This document shows positions 51,402 through 64,000 of a stretch of DNA of 64,000 nt, in pieces. The DNA lies in the NCBI GenBank assembly GCA_964016885.1, contig OZ024741.1:287494001-287558000 (forward strand), given 5' to 3'. How positions within the stretch are numbered: the first letter of the stretch is position 1; every line of letters starts with the position of its first letter. This DNA is from Eledone cirrhosa (taxonomy: Eukaryota). The notes under the pieces are model-generated. The model was not told the origin of the DNA. It was given only the letters and a program-made list of their open reading frames with translations, and searched no databases. The position numbers and the translations under genes were made by a program.

Positions 51402-51761
51402 TGTTCGCATGGCAACTCAAGAGCAAGAATGAAGTGTTCATTCTACTGACATGGCTATAAAATTGAGGCTTGTTTGCAAAATTGCAAACGAATTGAATGT
51501 CATTATTAATATTCGAAACTCAGATTACATTTATTGTATTCAGCCATGTAGAGCGAAATTTTCTTTTTTATCGCTCGTATACGGGAAACTGACTGGCCAG
51601 TCTGCTGATATTTAAAATCTGGCTGATCAGTGGATCTGTTAATATGCATATCTGACTGATCAGCCAGTCTGCTAATATGCAAATCAGGCCGATCAGTCAC
51701 TGTGTATTTTTGAAAATAGCATATATTTTCACTAGCTCTGAGAGTTTGGCAGGTGAACAGT

Positions 51762-51816
51762 GAGCTGTACTGAACTGATGAAGGGTGATACCCAGAAACA
51801 TTAGTGTCTGCAGTTC
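51762..51816 (+). ncRNA. Hammerhead family H5, second copy (5-nt insertion before the core)
   Basis: CUGAUGA-aGGGUgauACCCa-GAAA-CAUUAGUG-UC/UGCAG. Confidence 0.7.
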
Positions 51817-51923
51817 TGTTCGCATGCCAACTCAACAGCAAGAATGAAGTGTTCATTCTACTGACATGGCTATAAAATTGAGGCTTGTTTGCAAAATTGC
51901 AAACGAATCGAATGTTATTATTA

Positions 51924-52110
51924 ATTGGCAGTATCGGTAGAGGGTCGGACACTATGCTTTGACGCATAGAGTTACGGCCCTTGCCATTCTGAGTTCAAAT
52001 CTCGGTGAGGTTGACTTTACCTTTCATCCTTATGGGGTGGACAAAAATAAAGTACCAGTAATATACTGGGTAATTTGCTGGCCTTGTGCCTAAAGCAGAA
52101 ACAATTAGTA
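51924..52110 (+). mobile_element. tRNA-headed SINE (MetaSINE-like)
   Basis: Matches 52267-52449. Confidence 0.8.
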
Positions 52111-52125
52111 ATATCCGAAAAACTC

Positions 52126-52198
<73 letters not shown>

Positions 52199-52266
52199 AG
52201 ATTCAGGACCCCGACGGCTGACCTCGAGCCGTTTCAACAGCTAGATCCGAACTAATATTAATGTAT

Positions 52267-52449
52267 ATTGGCAGTATCGGTAGAAGGTCGGACGCCATGC
52301 TTTCCAGCATAGTTACGTCCCTTTACGATCTGAGTTCAAATCCCGCCGAGGTTGACTTTGCCTTTCATCCTTACGGGGTCGATAAAATAAAGTACCAGTA
52401 ATGCACTGGGTAATTTGCTGGCCTTGTGCCTAAAGTAGAAACAATTAAT
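52267..52449 (+). mobile_element. tRNA-headed SINE (MetaSINE-like), well-preserved copy
   Basis: TGGCAGTATCGGTAG A-box-like motif, GAGTTCAAATCC B-box, CTTTCATCCTTACGGGGTCGATAAAATAAAGTACCAG core (resembles the Meta domain, from memory), AT-rich tail. Confidence 0.85.
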
Positions 52450-52600
52450 GTATATGTAAAGATATTATATATATCCCAGTACGCATTCTCTCCATCCTTC
52501 TCATAGCCAATCTCCCTCTTGCTATCCTGTACTGTTTCTCTACTGTTCTGATGACTAAGCTTGGTAGAGCTTATATTCAGCACTATATTTTTGTTTATTA

Positions 52601-52647
52601 CGCTCTGATGATTCCTGCCCCACGGTATAGATGAAACATTATTAGCG
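52601..52647 (+). ncRNA. Hammerhead-like motif (family H6) with weak stems II and III, followed by AATAAA
   Basis: CGCU-CUGAUGA-...-GAAA-CAUUAUU/AGCG. Confidence 0.5.
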
Positions 52648-52960
52648 AATAAAAATTGTATAAGTATGTAGGCGTCCTTTGATTTATTTTATCTATCTAT
52701 ATATATATATATAAGAATATCTATCTTTACACACACATATATATTCATATATATATATATATATATAATTTGTGTGTGTATATATATATGTGTGTGTGTG
52801 TCTATTCGTTTGTGTGTTGTAAATTAATCTATATTCCTGTAAATTATACACATGTATATTGGCATCTATTTCTCAACGTATGTGGATACAAAATATAGGC
52901 AAACATACGTTTTTATGTAAACATCCGTTCATAAACACAGTATATCTTCTCAATCATTCT

Positions 52961-53113
<153 letters not shown>

Positions 53114-53969
53114 CGCGTGTGATGTTTATACACCATATACAGGCCTTCATATAGATATACCTGGACATTATAGGATTTCGATTCCATTCAAGTGTGCAAC
53201 AAGACCCAACTTATGCGAAAACCAAAGAAAACTGATTAATATTCTCCATCTTATATTTATTCCGGATGAAATATTAGTATACCACTGCACTTCACTTAAT
53301 TTTCTCTCTCCACCAGTTTTTGTTATTTATTTTTATTTTTCGTTGTGATGTTATTTTTTGTTTGTTTTGGGGGGCTTTTGTCTTTGTTTGGCTTGGCTTG
53401 GCTTGGCTGTCGTCTTCTTATTCCCTTCTCCACTTCATCATCCACCTCATCACCTTCCTCCTTTTTCTACTTTTTCCTCTTCTTCTTTACCATCATCATC
53501 ATTATTACCTTCTTTCTCTATTTCCTTTTCTTATTTTCCTTTTATTACTGTTCCTAATGTTCGAGGAGGTTTGGTGTTTAAATACCACTGAAGTATCTGC
53601 ATGCGTGCGGTCTAGAAGTCTGTACTCATTCGTGTCTCAAGTCAGGCTTGTTGACATGAAAAGTGTAATTTTAAAAAACAAGTATTATAGTAACAATTAT
53701 CATTATACATATGGTGTTTGAGAAATCTGAGTCTGTCCTAATTTCCTATGATAAAATTATGTGAATATTATTGTTGGGTTAGACGGCATGACAAAAATAG
53801 AAGCGTCAAGCTATAAACTTAATGGTATTGTTGAAATCATGCCGAAGTCATGTAAGATTGTTATCGTTCCGGCATCAATAGAAATAAGTATCGATTTTGT
53901 ATTGAAGCTAGAAAAATGTTTACTACGGTTCCGTAGTAAACAGAACTTGGAAACTGAATGTGCTACTGT

Positions 53970-55131
53970 AGAACGTAGCATCCAACGTAGCATCCAACAT
54001 AGCGTACAACATAACGTCAAACGTAGCGTCAAACATAACGTCCAACATAGCATCCCACGTAGTGTCCAACATAGCGTCCAACATAGCGTCCAACATAACG
54101 TCCCACATAGTGTCCAACATAACGTCTAACATTGCGTCCAACATAACGTCAAACATAGCGTCCAACGTAGTGTCCAACAGAACATCCAACATAGCGTCCA
54201 ACATAGCGTCAAACATAGCGTCAAACGTAGCGTCAAACATAACATCCAACATAGCGTCCAACATAGTGTCCAACATAGTGTCCAACATAGCGTCAAACGT
54301 AGCGTCAAACATTACGTCCAACATAGCGTCCAACATAGCGTCCAGCGAAGTGTTCAACAAAGCGTCAAACCAAGCGTCCAGCATAGCGTCCAACATAGCG
54401 TCCAACGCAACGTATAATGTAGCGCCCCGCGTAGCGTCCAACGTAGCATCCAACATAGCGTCCAACATAAAGTTCAACATAGCGTTGAACTTTATGTTGG
54501 ACGCTATGTTGGATGCTACGTTGGACGCTGCGCGGGGCGCTACATTATACGTTGCGTTGGACGCTATAACTTTATGTTGGACGCTATGATGGAGGCTACG
54601 TTGGACGCTACGCGGGGCGCTACATTATACGTTGCGTTGGACGCTATGTTGGACGCTATGCTGGACGCTTGGTTTGATGCTGTGCTGAACACTTCGCTGG
54701 ACGCTATGTTGGACGCTATGTTGGACGTTATGTTTGACGCTACGTTTGACGCTATGTTGGACACTATGTTGGACGCTATGTTGGACGTTATGTTTGACGC
54801 TACGTTTGACGCTATGCTTGACGCTATGTTGGATGTCCAACATAGCGTCCAACGTAGTGTACAGCGTACCGTATAATGTAGCGTCCAGTATTGAATCCAA
54901 CATAGCGTCTAACATTGCATCCAATATAGCGTTCAACGTAGCGTCAAACCTAGCGTCCAACGTAGTGTCCAACGTAGTGTCCAACGTAGTGTCCAACGTA
55001 GTGTCCAACGTAGTGTCCAACGTAGTGTCCAACGTAGTGTCCAACGTAGTGTCCAACGTAGTGTCTAACGTAGCGTCCAATACATCGTACAACACAGTGT
55101 ACAACATAGCGTTCAACGTGCGTCTAACGTA
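53970..55131. repeat. 12-bp minisatellite (AACATAGCGTCC)n with an internal inverted block at ~54485-54835
   Basis: Unit and orientation switches seen directly. Confidence 0.92.
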
Positions 55132-56419
55132 GCTTGAAATATACTTATACTTGAAATATACTTATACTAAATATACTTATACTACTGCCTTGAAGAGGGG
55201 AGGACATATATGATAATAAAGTCTTGCCTGTGCAATGTTTAAGTAAAAGAAGAGACCGTCGTATCTCGAACACTATTGATCATAATTCTTCTCAGTCGTG
55301 GCTAATATAGGTCTAAACAACAGCCACTTATTCTTTAACAAACACCATTTAAAAGTAAGTTATATTTGCGGTAAGTGCCTAATAAATGCACAAATGTATT
55401 AACCCAAGGCCTCTTTAGTAGCTGGAATAAGAAAAGGAAATGGAGCTCACGTAAAAACTCTAGAAATACGAAATTGCGCATCATTATATCAATATATGAA
55501 GAGATTGAAAAAAATCGACAGAACTAATATACACTGGCTTGTTATTGAAACTACAAAACCTTAGGCTAACGTTAAAAAAAAACGTCTGTTTTGCTAAACA
55601 AAACAAATATAATATCTTTATTCAGCATTATGAGATGCTAAACAAAAGACAGAATGTGGTACTGGAATACAGACAGTAAAATAAGCTATTCTATATCTGT
55701 TACTACAATGTGAAATCTTGTAATGCTAGAAATTACATACACAACAATAATAGTAGCAATATTTACTAAGATGTTACGCAGACAAATTAAAAACTGACCG
55801 CTCCAGGCCAGTCACCAAGATAGGACAAGGGAACTGGATGACATTATTCTTCCCTTGCTTTTCAGTGATGCACCATCAGATTTAGAAAATAGAGTTTATA
55901 AAAAAATAGTTCTTTCGAATTAGTGTATCTAACCAGAATGTTCTGTTAAACCCCAAAGTACCAAAGCCTAGTGATGGGTCTGTGCCCGCTGCTACCACCA
56001 GCGGAAGGGTACACTAAATTCTGTTTAGCCCTTGACAACAGCTGTCTATGAACAACATGGCACTTGACATAGAACAAACAGACCATGGGTGAATGGACGA
56101 AAATCCTGTGGTCCCAGGAAACCCAATATTTTAGTTTAGTCACCGAAGTAGGTACCAAATGATGTTTTAGATTTCCCTATCACAGAAAAAACTTCTGAAA
56201 TAGATGTCTTTGCTATTTTGTCCACGTGGGGGAGATGAAACAGCCCCCTGACCTTGATGTAAAGTCTATCACCTTCTCACCTTCCCCCTTTCTTTCTTCT
56301 CTTGTCTAGTGGTCCTTATTCTTTTCCCTCATTTCCTCTCATTTATGGGATTTATAGTCCTTTCCAATGCTGCTTCCTTTTTATGTATGTTTGACTAATT
56401 TATACAGGATGCAACAAGA

Positions 56420-56875
56420 TGGATCGAGTTCGGCGCTCAAATATTTCCAACCACCCCAAGATCAGACTCTTCCAAGTAACAATTCAACCAATCTTGCTAT
56501 ATGGAAGTGAAACATGGACGCTTTCATCCAAACAACACTCGCCTGCTTCAGCGCATTCAGAACATAAGCTGGCGACATCTGACTTTGAGAGAGATATATG
56601 CCGGCCTCCCACGCATATCTGTCGTTTTATGTAAGAGGAGAGTAAGATTTGCTGGCCACTGCCATCGTGCCACCTACCAGGTTGTGTCCCCATTAGTGTT
56701 TTGGAAACCACAAGTAGTCACTAATAACAGGGAGCGTAAGCTCTCCTACCCCGATGTCATCTCCAGAGATTCTGGTGTTGAAATCCTGGGCTTGGCAACG
56801 GCAATAAACGACAGACCCACGTGGAGATCAATTGTTGAGTCTATTTCGGCGGAGGCCACCCGATGATGATGATGA
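56420..56875 (+). mobile_element. RTE-clade LINE 3' fragment with (GAT)n tail
   Basis: ILLYGSETWTLS, RRVRFAGHCHR, DRPTWRSIV, then GATGATGATGATG. Confidence 0.8.
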
Positions 56876-57602
56876 ATTTATGCTAAGGTTCGAAATATTT
56901 TAGTTTTCTGTGTTATGCTATCAAATAGTAATTCTTTGGACTAAAAATAACTGCTGTGAACTGTATGAATTTCATTAGTAAATTTGAGCAGGGTTTATAG
57001 AACTAGGTGTATGACGTCATTACTTTTTCTTCTATTGTGTGGTCTATAATTATCTCTTTGACTACACAAGACTATGTTCCTTTTTAAGCCTATATGTTGC
57101 CGAAAAAAACATTCAGTTTCATGAAATATTTACATTACTCTAAACTCAATATCGAGTTCTAGTTGGTAAATAACAATATCATTCTTCTTCTTCTTCTTCT
57201 TCTTCTTCTTCTTCTTCTTCTTCTTCTTCTTCTTCTTCTTCTTCTTCTTCTTCTTCTTCTTCTTCTTCTTCTTCTTCTTCTTCGCCTCCCTTTTCTTCTT
57301 TTACTCCATCTTCTTCTGCTTCTTCTTAACCTCCTCCTCCGCCTTCGTTATTTATCTATTTGTTAGCTAGTTATATATTTGTTTTTTGCACCTCAACATA
57401 GGTTATGTCACCGACTGATTAATTTCTAATTAGTTGTAGTTGGCTATTAGTTAGATGTATGTCCCTTGAAAGGTTCATGCTTGTCAAGGCTACACAGACG
57501 CACTCACACATACATACATTTATATATATATATATTTGTGTGTGTGTTTGTGTGTGTGTGTATGTATATATATATATATATATATATAAATGTATATGTA
57601 TA

Positions 57603-57635
<33 letters not shown>

Positions 57636-57640
57636 CATTG

Positions 57641-57675
<35 letters not shown>

Positions 57676-57705
57676 GTTATGTAATAAACAACATAATATA
57701 TATAA

Positions 57706-57783
<78 letters not shown>

Positions 57784-57986
57784 TGTATACGTACATACAT
57801 GCATGTATACAGACGTACAGTAGTATGTATATATATATACATACATGCACACATATATATATATGCACGTATGGATTCACCGAACATTTATTATAATGCT
57901 CGGTGTGTTTGTAAACAAACATCCCGAATTAAGCCGTACAGTGTCCAGCAACCATCGTTGCTCTTTTGTTCAACACGGACAAAGGA

Positions 57987-58029
57987 ACGCTGTACTAGTT
58001 TCAAGCTTATTAGCTATCGTCAGCAACGT
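57987..58029 (-). ncRNA. Minimal type I hammerhead (family H2)
   Basis: ACGUUG-CUGACGA-uAGCUaauaAGCUu-GAAA-CUAG-UA/CAGCGU. Confidence 0.8.
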
Positions 58030-58067
58030 ATACCTTCCTGCCAGATGATTGAACGTCAGCAAGGTAT

Positions 58068-58110
58068 ACGTTGCTGACGATAGCTAATAAGCTTGAAACT
58101 AGTACCGCGT
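58068..58110 (+). ncRNA. Minimal type I hammerhead (family H2)
   Basis: Same motif with one stem I mismatch. Confidence 0.75.
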
Positions 58111-58461
58111 TCCTTTGTCAGTGTTGAACAAATGAGCAACCATCGTTGCTGGACACTGTACGGCTTAATTCGGGATGTTTGTTTACAAACACACCGAACA
58201 TTATAATAAATGTTCGGTGAATCCATACGCGCATATATGTATGTGTGCATGTATGTATATATATACATACTACTGTACGTCTGTATACATGTATGTATAT
58301 ACGTATACATACTTATATTTAAATAACAGCCGTACTAAGAGTAAGAAATGAAATTTCGTTTCATTTATTCCATATATACATATATATATATAAATATATA
58401 TACATATATATACATATATATACACATATATATATATATATACATATATATACATATATAT

Positions 58462-58526
<65 letters not shown>

Positions 58527-58595
58527 TTCGTTTCATTTATTCCATATATACATATATATATATAAATATATATACATATATATATACATATATAT

Positions 58596-58694
<99 letters not shown>

Positions 58695-58710
58695 GTATAT
58701 ATATATGTCA

Positions 58711-58741
<31 letters not shown>

Positions 58742-59128
58742 TGTGTTATTTCATACATGATAAATACATATACGCGCGCATGTGTGTACGTGCTATAGAT
58801 AAGGAATTTTAAGTCTCGTGAGAATATGCGTTTGAGTTATAATTAATATTTCATCTTAATCAAAAATAAAAAAATGTTTATGTATATGTGTGTGTGGGGG
58901 GTGTATTTGTGTTATATGTGTGTATGTACATGTGTGCAAGTGTGTCTGTATGTGTGTATGTGCATATGTGTGTGTACGTGTGTGTAAATGTGTGTTTATG
59001 TGTATGTGTGTACATTTTTGTGTTTACTTAAATATATGTTTATTTATCTTTTCTCTTTCTACTTTTCGGTGTGATGTTATAAACATAAACTGGGAATTGT
59101 TACAACGAAGCGAAACGAAACCTTGAAG

Positions 59129-59780
59129 CATATATAAAACAAACTACAAACACAAATACAAACATATATAAAACAAACTACAAACACAAATACAAACATA
59201 TATAAAACAAACTACAAACACAAATACAAACATATATAAAACAAACTACAAACACAAATACAAACATATATAAAACAAACTACAAACACAAATACAAACA
59301 TATATAAAACAAACTACAAACACAAATACAAACATATATAAAACAAACTACAAACACAAATACAAACATATATAAAACAAACTACAAACACAAATACAAA
59401 CATATATAAAACAAACTACAAACACAAATACAAACATATATAAAACAAACTACAAACACAAATACAAACATATATAAAACAAACTACAAACACAAATACA
59501 AACATATATAAAACAAACTACAAACACAAATACAAACATATATAAAACAAACTACAAACACAAATACAAACATATATAAAACAAACTACAAACACAAATA
59601 CAAACATATATAAAACAAACTACAAACACAAATACAAACATATATAAAACAAACTACAAACACAAATACAAACATATATAAAACAAACTACAAACACAAA
59701 TACAAACATATATAAAACAAACTACAAACACAAATACAAACATATATAAAACAAACTACAAACACAAATACAAACATATA
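59129..59780. repeat. 34-bp perfect minisatellite, ~19 copies
   Basis: CATATATAAAACAAACTACAAACACAAATACAAA repeated. Confidence 0.97.
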
Positions 59781-59809
59781 TTAAAAAAAACTAAAAGCAC
59801 GAACAAAAA

Positions 59810-60062
59810 CACAAACTGATAGGTTTGTGGTAGAGCCTGGAGCAATGGAGACTTCCGGCATTCTTGACACCTTCCGACTACATCCCAGCTCACTACTATC
59901 TGAGCGGAATTGGCTGTCACAAGGTGTGAGCCTCGTGAGGTGGAGTGGCTGTTCCAGAGCATCTCCCTTGCCGCCCTCCTGCACAAGGTATTCATCATGA
60001 CGGCGGGGATCACGAGGAGCAGGGTAAGTTACTTGAAGGTGAAGAATACTCGTTCGGACGTT
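59810..60062 (+). mobile_element. Degenerate CRE-like RLE retrotransposon 3' fragment
   Basis: DRFVVEPGAMETSGIL..LAVTRCEPREVEWLFQSISLA resembles the CRE-type C-terminus (F.P.A.ET.G..LFQRIS.A). Confidence 0.5.
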
Positions 60063-60296
60063 ACACACACATACATACATACATACATACATACATACAT
60101 ACATACATACATACATACATACATACATACACACACACACATGCATGCATACATACATACATACATACATACATACACACACACACATACATACATACAT
60201 ACATACATACATACATACATACATACATACATACACACACACACATACATGCATACATACATACATACATACACATACATACATACATACATACAT

Positions 60297-60873
60297 GGTG
60301 GCTGCCAACTCGTTTTCGAGTACGGCCACTGCTTTATATCCATGTAGGAGAACCCCTACCGGTGCGCTGAACGAATGTGACTTTTTAGACCAGCCAGCGA
60401 CTTGAAAACTCTGGTACAAAGACTACACTTGTGACCATTATTGACACATAGTGCAGGGCCCATGGTACCATGTGATGACAAGTGCAGAGAGATCTCCAGA
60501 TATAAAGCAATGCCTGTGCTGTGAAGCTTTTATAGTGAGCAAAGGCACTGCACAAAGCCAGTCCCACTCTCTTAACCAAGATGATATTTACCAAAAAGAA
60601 GAACAAGTCAACATCATTGGATACCATCAGGGTTGCAGGTGTTATATCAGAGTTTTCCTTCTCCTAGAATTCTGCCTTGACAAAGGCTAAGGGGTCATCT
60701 CTCCCGGTGATTTTGGATGGCTATTGAGTCTTGAGAGCTCCCTTGCCCTTTGACAGGTTTTGTTTTTAGTCCTGCAGGATGTCCAAAGTCACCCTCCTCA
60801 CCAAGAAACCTTGGTAGGGTTGCCAGTTTAGTCGCCAACGACCCGACCATGAGACAGGTTGTACTGGGATACA
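60297..60873 (-). mobile_element. Bipartite RTE-derived element, copy 5 (~30 bp 5'-truncated)
   Basis: Near-identical to copy 2; (ATAC)n on both sides. Confidence 0.8.
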
Positions 60874-61128
60874 CATACATACATACATACATACATACAT
60901 ACATACATACATACATACATACATACATACATACATACATACATACATACATACACACACACATATATACATACATACATACATACATACATACATACAT
61001 ACATACACATATACATACATACATGGTGGCTGCCAACTCGTTTTCGATACATACATACATACACACACACATATATACATACATACATACATACATACAT
61101 ACATACATACACATATACATACATACAT

Positions 61129-61732
61129 GGTGGCTGCCAACTCGTTTTCGAGTACGGCCACTACTTTATATCCATGTAGGAGAACCCCTACCGATGCGCT
61201 GAACGAGTGTGACTTTTTAGTCCAGCCAGCGACTTGAAAACTCTGGTACAAACACTACACTTGTGACAATTATTGACACACAGTGCTGGGCCCATGGTAC
61301 CATGTGATGACAAGTGCAGAGAGATCTCCAGATATAAAGCAATGCCTGTGCCGTGAAGCTTTTATAGTGAGCAAAGGCACTGCACAAAGCCAGTCCCACT
61401 CTCTTAACCAAGATGATATTTACCAAAAAGAAGAACAAGTCAACATCATTGGATACCATCAGAGTTGCAGGTGTTATATCAGAGTTTACCTTCTCCTAGA
61501 ATTCTGCCTTGACAAAGGCTAAGGGGTCATCTCTCCCAGTGATTTTGGATGGCCACTGACTCTTAAGAGCTCCTTTGCCCTTTGACAGGTTTTGTTTTTA
61601 GTCCTGCAGGATGTCCAAAGTCACCCTCCTCACCAAGAAACCTTGGTGGGGTTGCCAGTTTAGTCGCCAACGACCCGACCATGAGACAGGTTGTACTGGG
61701 ATACATGTTACCAGTAGCACCAACTGGTGACC
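61129..61732 (-). mobile_element. Bipartite RTE-derived element, copy 6
   Basis: Near-identical to copy 2; (ATAC)n on both sides. Confidence 0.8.
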
Positions 61733-61782
61733 CGACATATATACATACATACATACATACATATATACATACATACATACAT

Positions 61783-61926
61783 ATGGCTGCGATAGCTGGC
61801 ACCTTCAAAATACGCAAAACATTCTTGCGATTCAAGGGATGACAATTTCTTTTCTTTTACAACCTTGCCACCAGGAAGGTGGCCGGTCAAAAAAATATAC
61901 TCGAAATTAAGAGAAAGAGAAAAAAC
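61783..61926 (+). mobile_element. Extreme 3' end of another Dong-type element in (ATAC)n
   Basis: AAIAGTFKIRKTFLRFKG* parallels family A SINGT(V/I)KICKTF; short 3'UTR with a GCCACC/GGTGGC hairpin. Confidence 0.5.
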
Positions 61927-62088
61927 ATACATACATACATACATACATACATGCATGCATACATACATACATACACATACATACATACATACATACATAC
62001 ATACATACATACACACACACACATACATACATACATACACATACATACATACATACATACATACGCACACATACATACATACATACAT

Positions 62089-62121
<33 letters not shown>

Positions 62122-62371
62122 TACATACATACATACATACACACATACATACGTACATACATACATACATACATACATACATACATACATACATACATAC
62201 ATACACATACACAACATACATACATACATACATACATACATACATACATACATACATACATACATACATACATGCATACATATATACACACATACATACA
62301 CACACACATACATACATACATACACATACATACATACATACACAAACACATACATACATACATACATACAT

Positions 62372-62402
<31 letters not shown>

Positions 62403-62483
62403 TACATGCATACACACATACATACGTACATATATACATACATACATACCTACATACATACATACATACATATATACATATAT

Positions 62484-62973
62484 GATGGCTGTCCCCTCGT
62501 TATCGAGTATGGCCATTGCACGATATAACATTATTAATAATTATTAATTAATTGTTTCTACTTTAGGCACAAGTCCAGCAATTACTCAGTGCATGACTGG
62601 TACTTTATTTTATCGACCCCGTAAGGATGAAAGGCAAAGTCAACCTCGGCGGGATTTGAACTCAGATCGTAAAGGGACGTAACTATGCTGGAAAGCATGG
62701 CGTCCGACCTTTTACCGATAGTGCCAATCCACTAATCCATTAATAATTATTAATTAATGCTATCGTGCAATGCCTGTGCGTGAAGATTTTTTTAAGTGAG
62801 GAAAGACTGTGCACTGAGCTAATCCCACTCTCTGAGCGACAGTAGCTATAACCCGAAAAGAAGAAAAGATCAACATCATCGGAAAAAACTGAGCCGCAGG
62901 ATTTGTTGCCTTGTCCTAGAAGAATTGCCTTGTCATAGAAGAATACCCTGACAAAGGCTAGGGGTCCTTCACT
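62484..62973 (-). mobile_element. Second, shorter bipartite RTE derivative, interrupted by a SINE
   Basis: 62760-62973 is homologous to the 5' part of the 604-bp element; 62484-62525 matches the 3' end of the RTE at 631-669. Confidence 0.7.
62553..62738 (-). mobile_element. tRNA-headed SINE with a 20-bp target-site duplication
   Basis: ATTAATAATTATTAATTAAT at 62533-62552 and 62739-62758. Confidence 0.85.
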
Positions 62974-62999
62974 ACATACATACATACATATTAAAAAAT

Positions 63000-63380
63000 A
63001 ATTGTTTCTACTTTTGGCACAATGCCAGCAAATACCCAGTGTATTACTGGTACTTTATTTTATCGACTCCGTAAGGATGAAAGGCAAAGTTAACCTCGGC
63101 GGGATTTGAACTCAGAATGGCAAGGGCCGTAACTCTATGCGTCAAAGCATGGCGTCCGACCCTCTACCGATACTGCCAATCCACAATGGCTGATTTGGGG
63201 AGGGGAAATTCGATTAAATCGACCCCAGTGCGTTACTGGTAATTTATTTTACCAACACCGTAAGGATGAATGGCAAAGCTAACCTCGGCGGGATTTGAAC
63301 TTAGAACGTAAAGGACCGTAACTCTATATCACAAAGCATACTGTCTGACGCTCTAACGATTCTACCAATCCACGGCCCTT
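63000..63380 (-). mobile_element. Two tandem tRNA-headed SINE copies
   Basis: GTAAGGATGAA.GGCAAAG..CCTCGGCGGGATTTGAAC occurs twice. Confidence 0.8.
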
Positions 63381-64000
63381 TTGTTAATGATCGAACAACG
63401 CTGGCTTTCAACAGCTTGTTCAACTTAAAAGCAAGTCATAGTTAATCATTTTATCTCGTGTTAGGCGCAATGGACAGGATTGTTAGAGTATCGAACCAAA
63501 TATTTACAGTATTTATTTCGGTTCTTTACTTTTTGACCTCATCTTTGCCTTTTAACCTTCCGGGATCGAAAAAATGCACTAGTTAAATACTGGAGTGGAT
63601 TTAGTCTTTTCCTACCAAATTGCTAAATTAGAAACAATCCTATAATGTTTCGTTTCATTTTGGGGTAATCTACACGAAATGTTCGAAAGATATCTGTTAG
63701 AAAGTAAAAGGTTTCGCGATTGTTTAGTTGGTAGAGTTACGTGTTGTTTCTAATTTTCTTCCAGTGTAAGAAATCAATAATTCTGTTGAAAATGAGCAGT
63801 TCTTATATCATATAATAAAGATGGCTTCTCTTTTTTTTTTTTTTTTTCAATGAATTACCAACTAATACACTTTCACGTAGCTGTTCGACATAGTAAAAAT
63901 GGCTGCCGTATCACCCTCGAATCACAGCATCACTGTCTTATTTAACGGTTCATTAAATTCAGTGAATTCCCTGAGCATAGGAGAAAGAAAGGAATGGTTA

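Larger units (their letters stand above)
51324..51925 (+). mobile_element. Retrozyme/pLTR-like element: ~190-bp direct repeats (51324-51510, 51734-51925), each with a hammerhead
   Basis: Direct repeats seen; the spacer holds three ~33-bp degenerate repeats; starts at (TA)n. Confidence 0.7.
57780..58312. mobile_element. Head-to-head inverted pair of the H2 hammerhead element (arms ~255 bp), in (TA)n
   Basis: 57780-58036 is the reverse complement of 58061-58312; third copy at 18450-18720. Confidence 0.85.

Noticed and set aside
52545-52582. CTGATGA plus hairpin as a hammerhead or SECIS
   Set aside because: No GAAA after the stem and no SECIS GA/AA pattern.
53761-55132. ORFs with SNIA/LDAM repeats; CRISPR-like periodicity
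   Set aside because: Translation of a 12-bp minisatellite; no unique spacers or cas genes, and the context is eukaryotic.

Overview
Repeat-saturated eukaryotic, non-genic DNA. The SINE, microsatellite and retrotransposon content looks like a mollusc, probably an octopus (inference). I see no host gene; almost all long ORFs in the track are microsatellite artefacts. The retroelements sort by microsatellite. (1) One (AAT)n tract has been expanded to about 20.6 kb (20761-41420) by three full-length ~6 kb Tx1/L1-type LINEs on the - strand alternating with 5'-truncated R4/Dong-type RLE elements on the + strand; one Tx1 copy has both ORFs intact. (2) (ATAC)n tracts hold a different Dong-type lineage, an RTE 3' end with three C2H2 fingers, six copies of a 604-bp bipartite non-autonomous RTE derivative and a CRE-like remnant. 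(3) (TA)n tracts hold small non-coding Penelope-pLTR/retrozyme-like elements in which I can fold by eye 12 type I hammerhead ribozyme motifs from about 6 families, two with a compensatory U3-A8 core, plus a Penelope GIY-YIG remnant. The window also has tRNA-headed SINEs, a mariner remnant, satellites and several foldback palindromes. All calls were made by eye; boundaries are approximate to a few bp and clade names need database confirmation.
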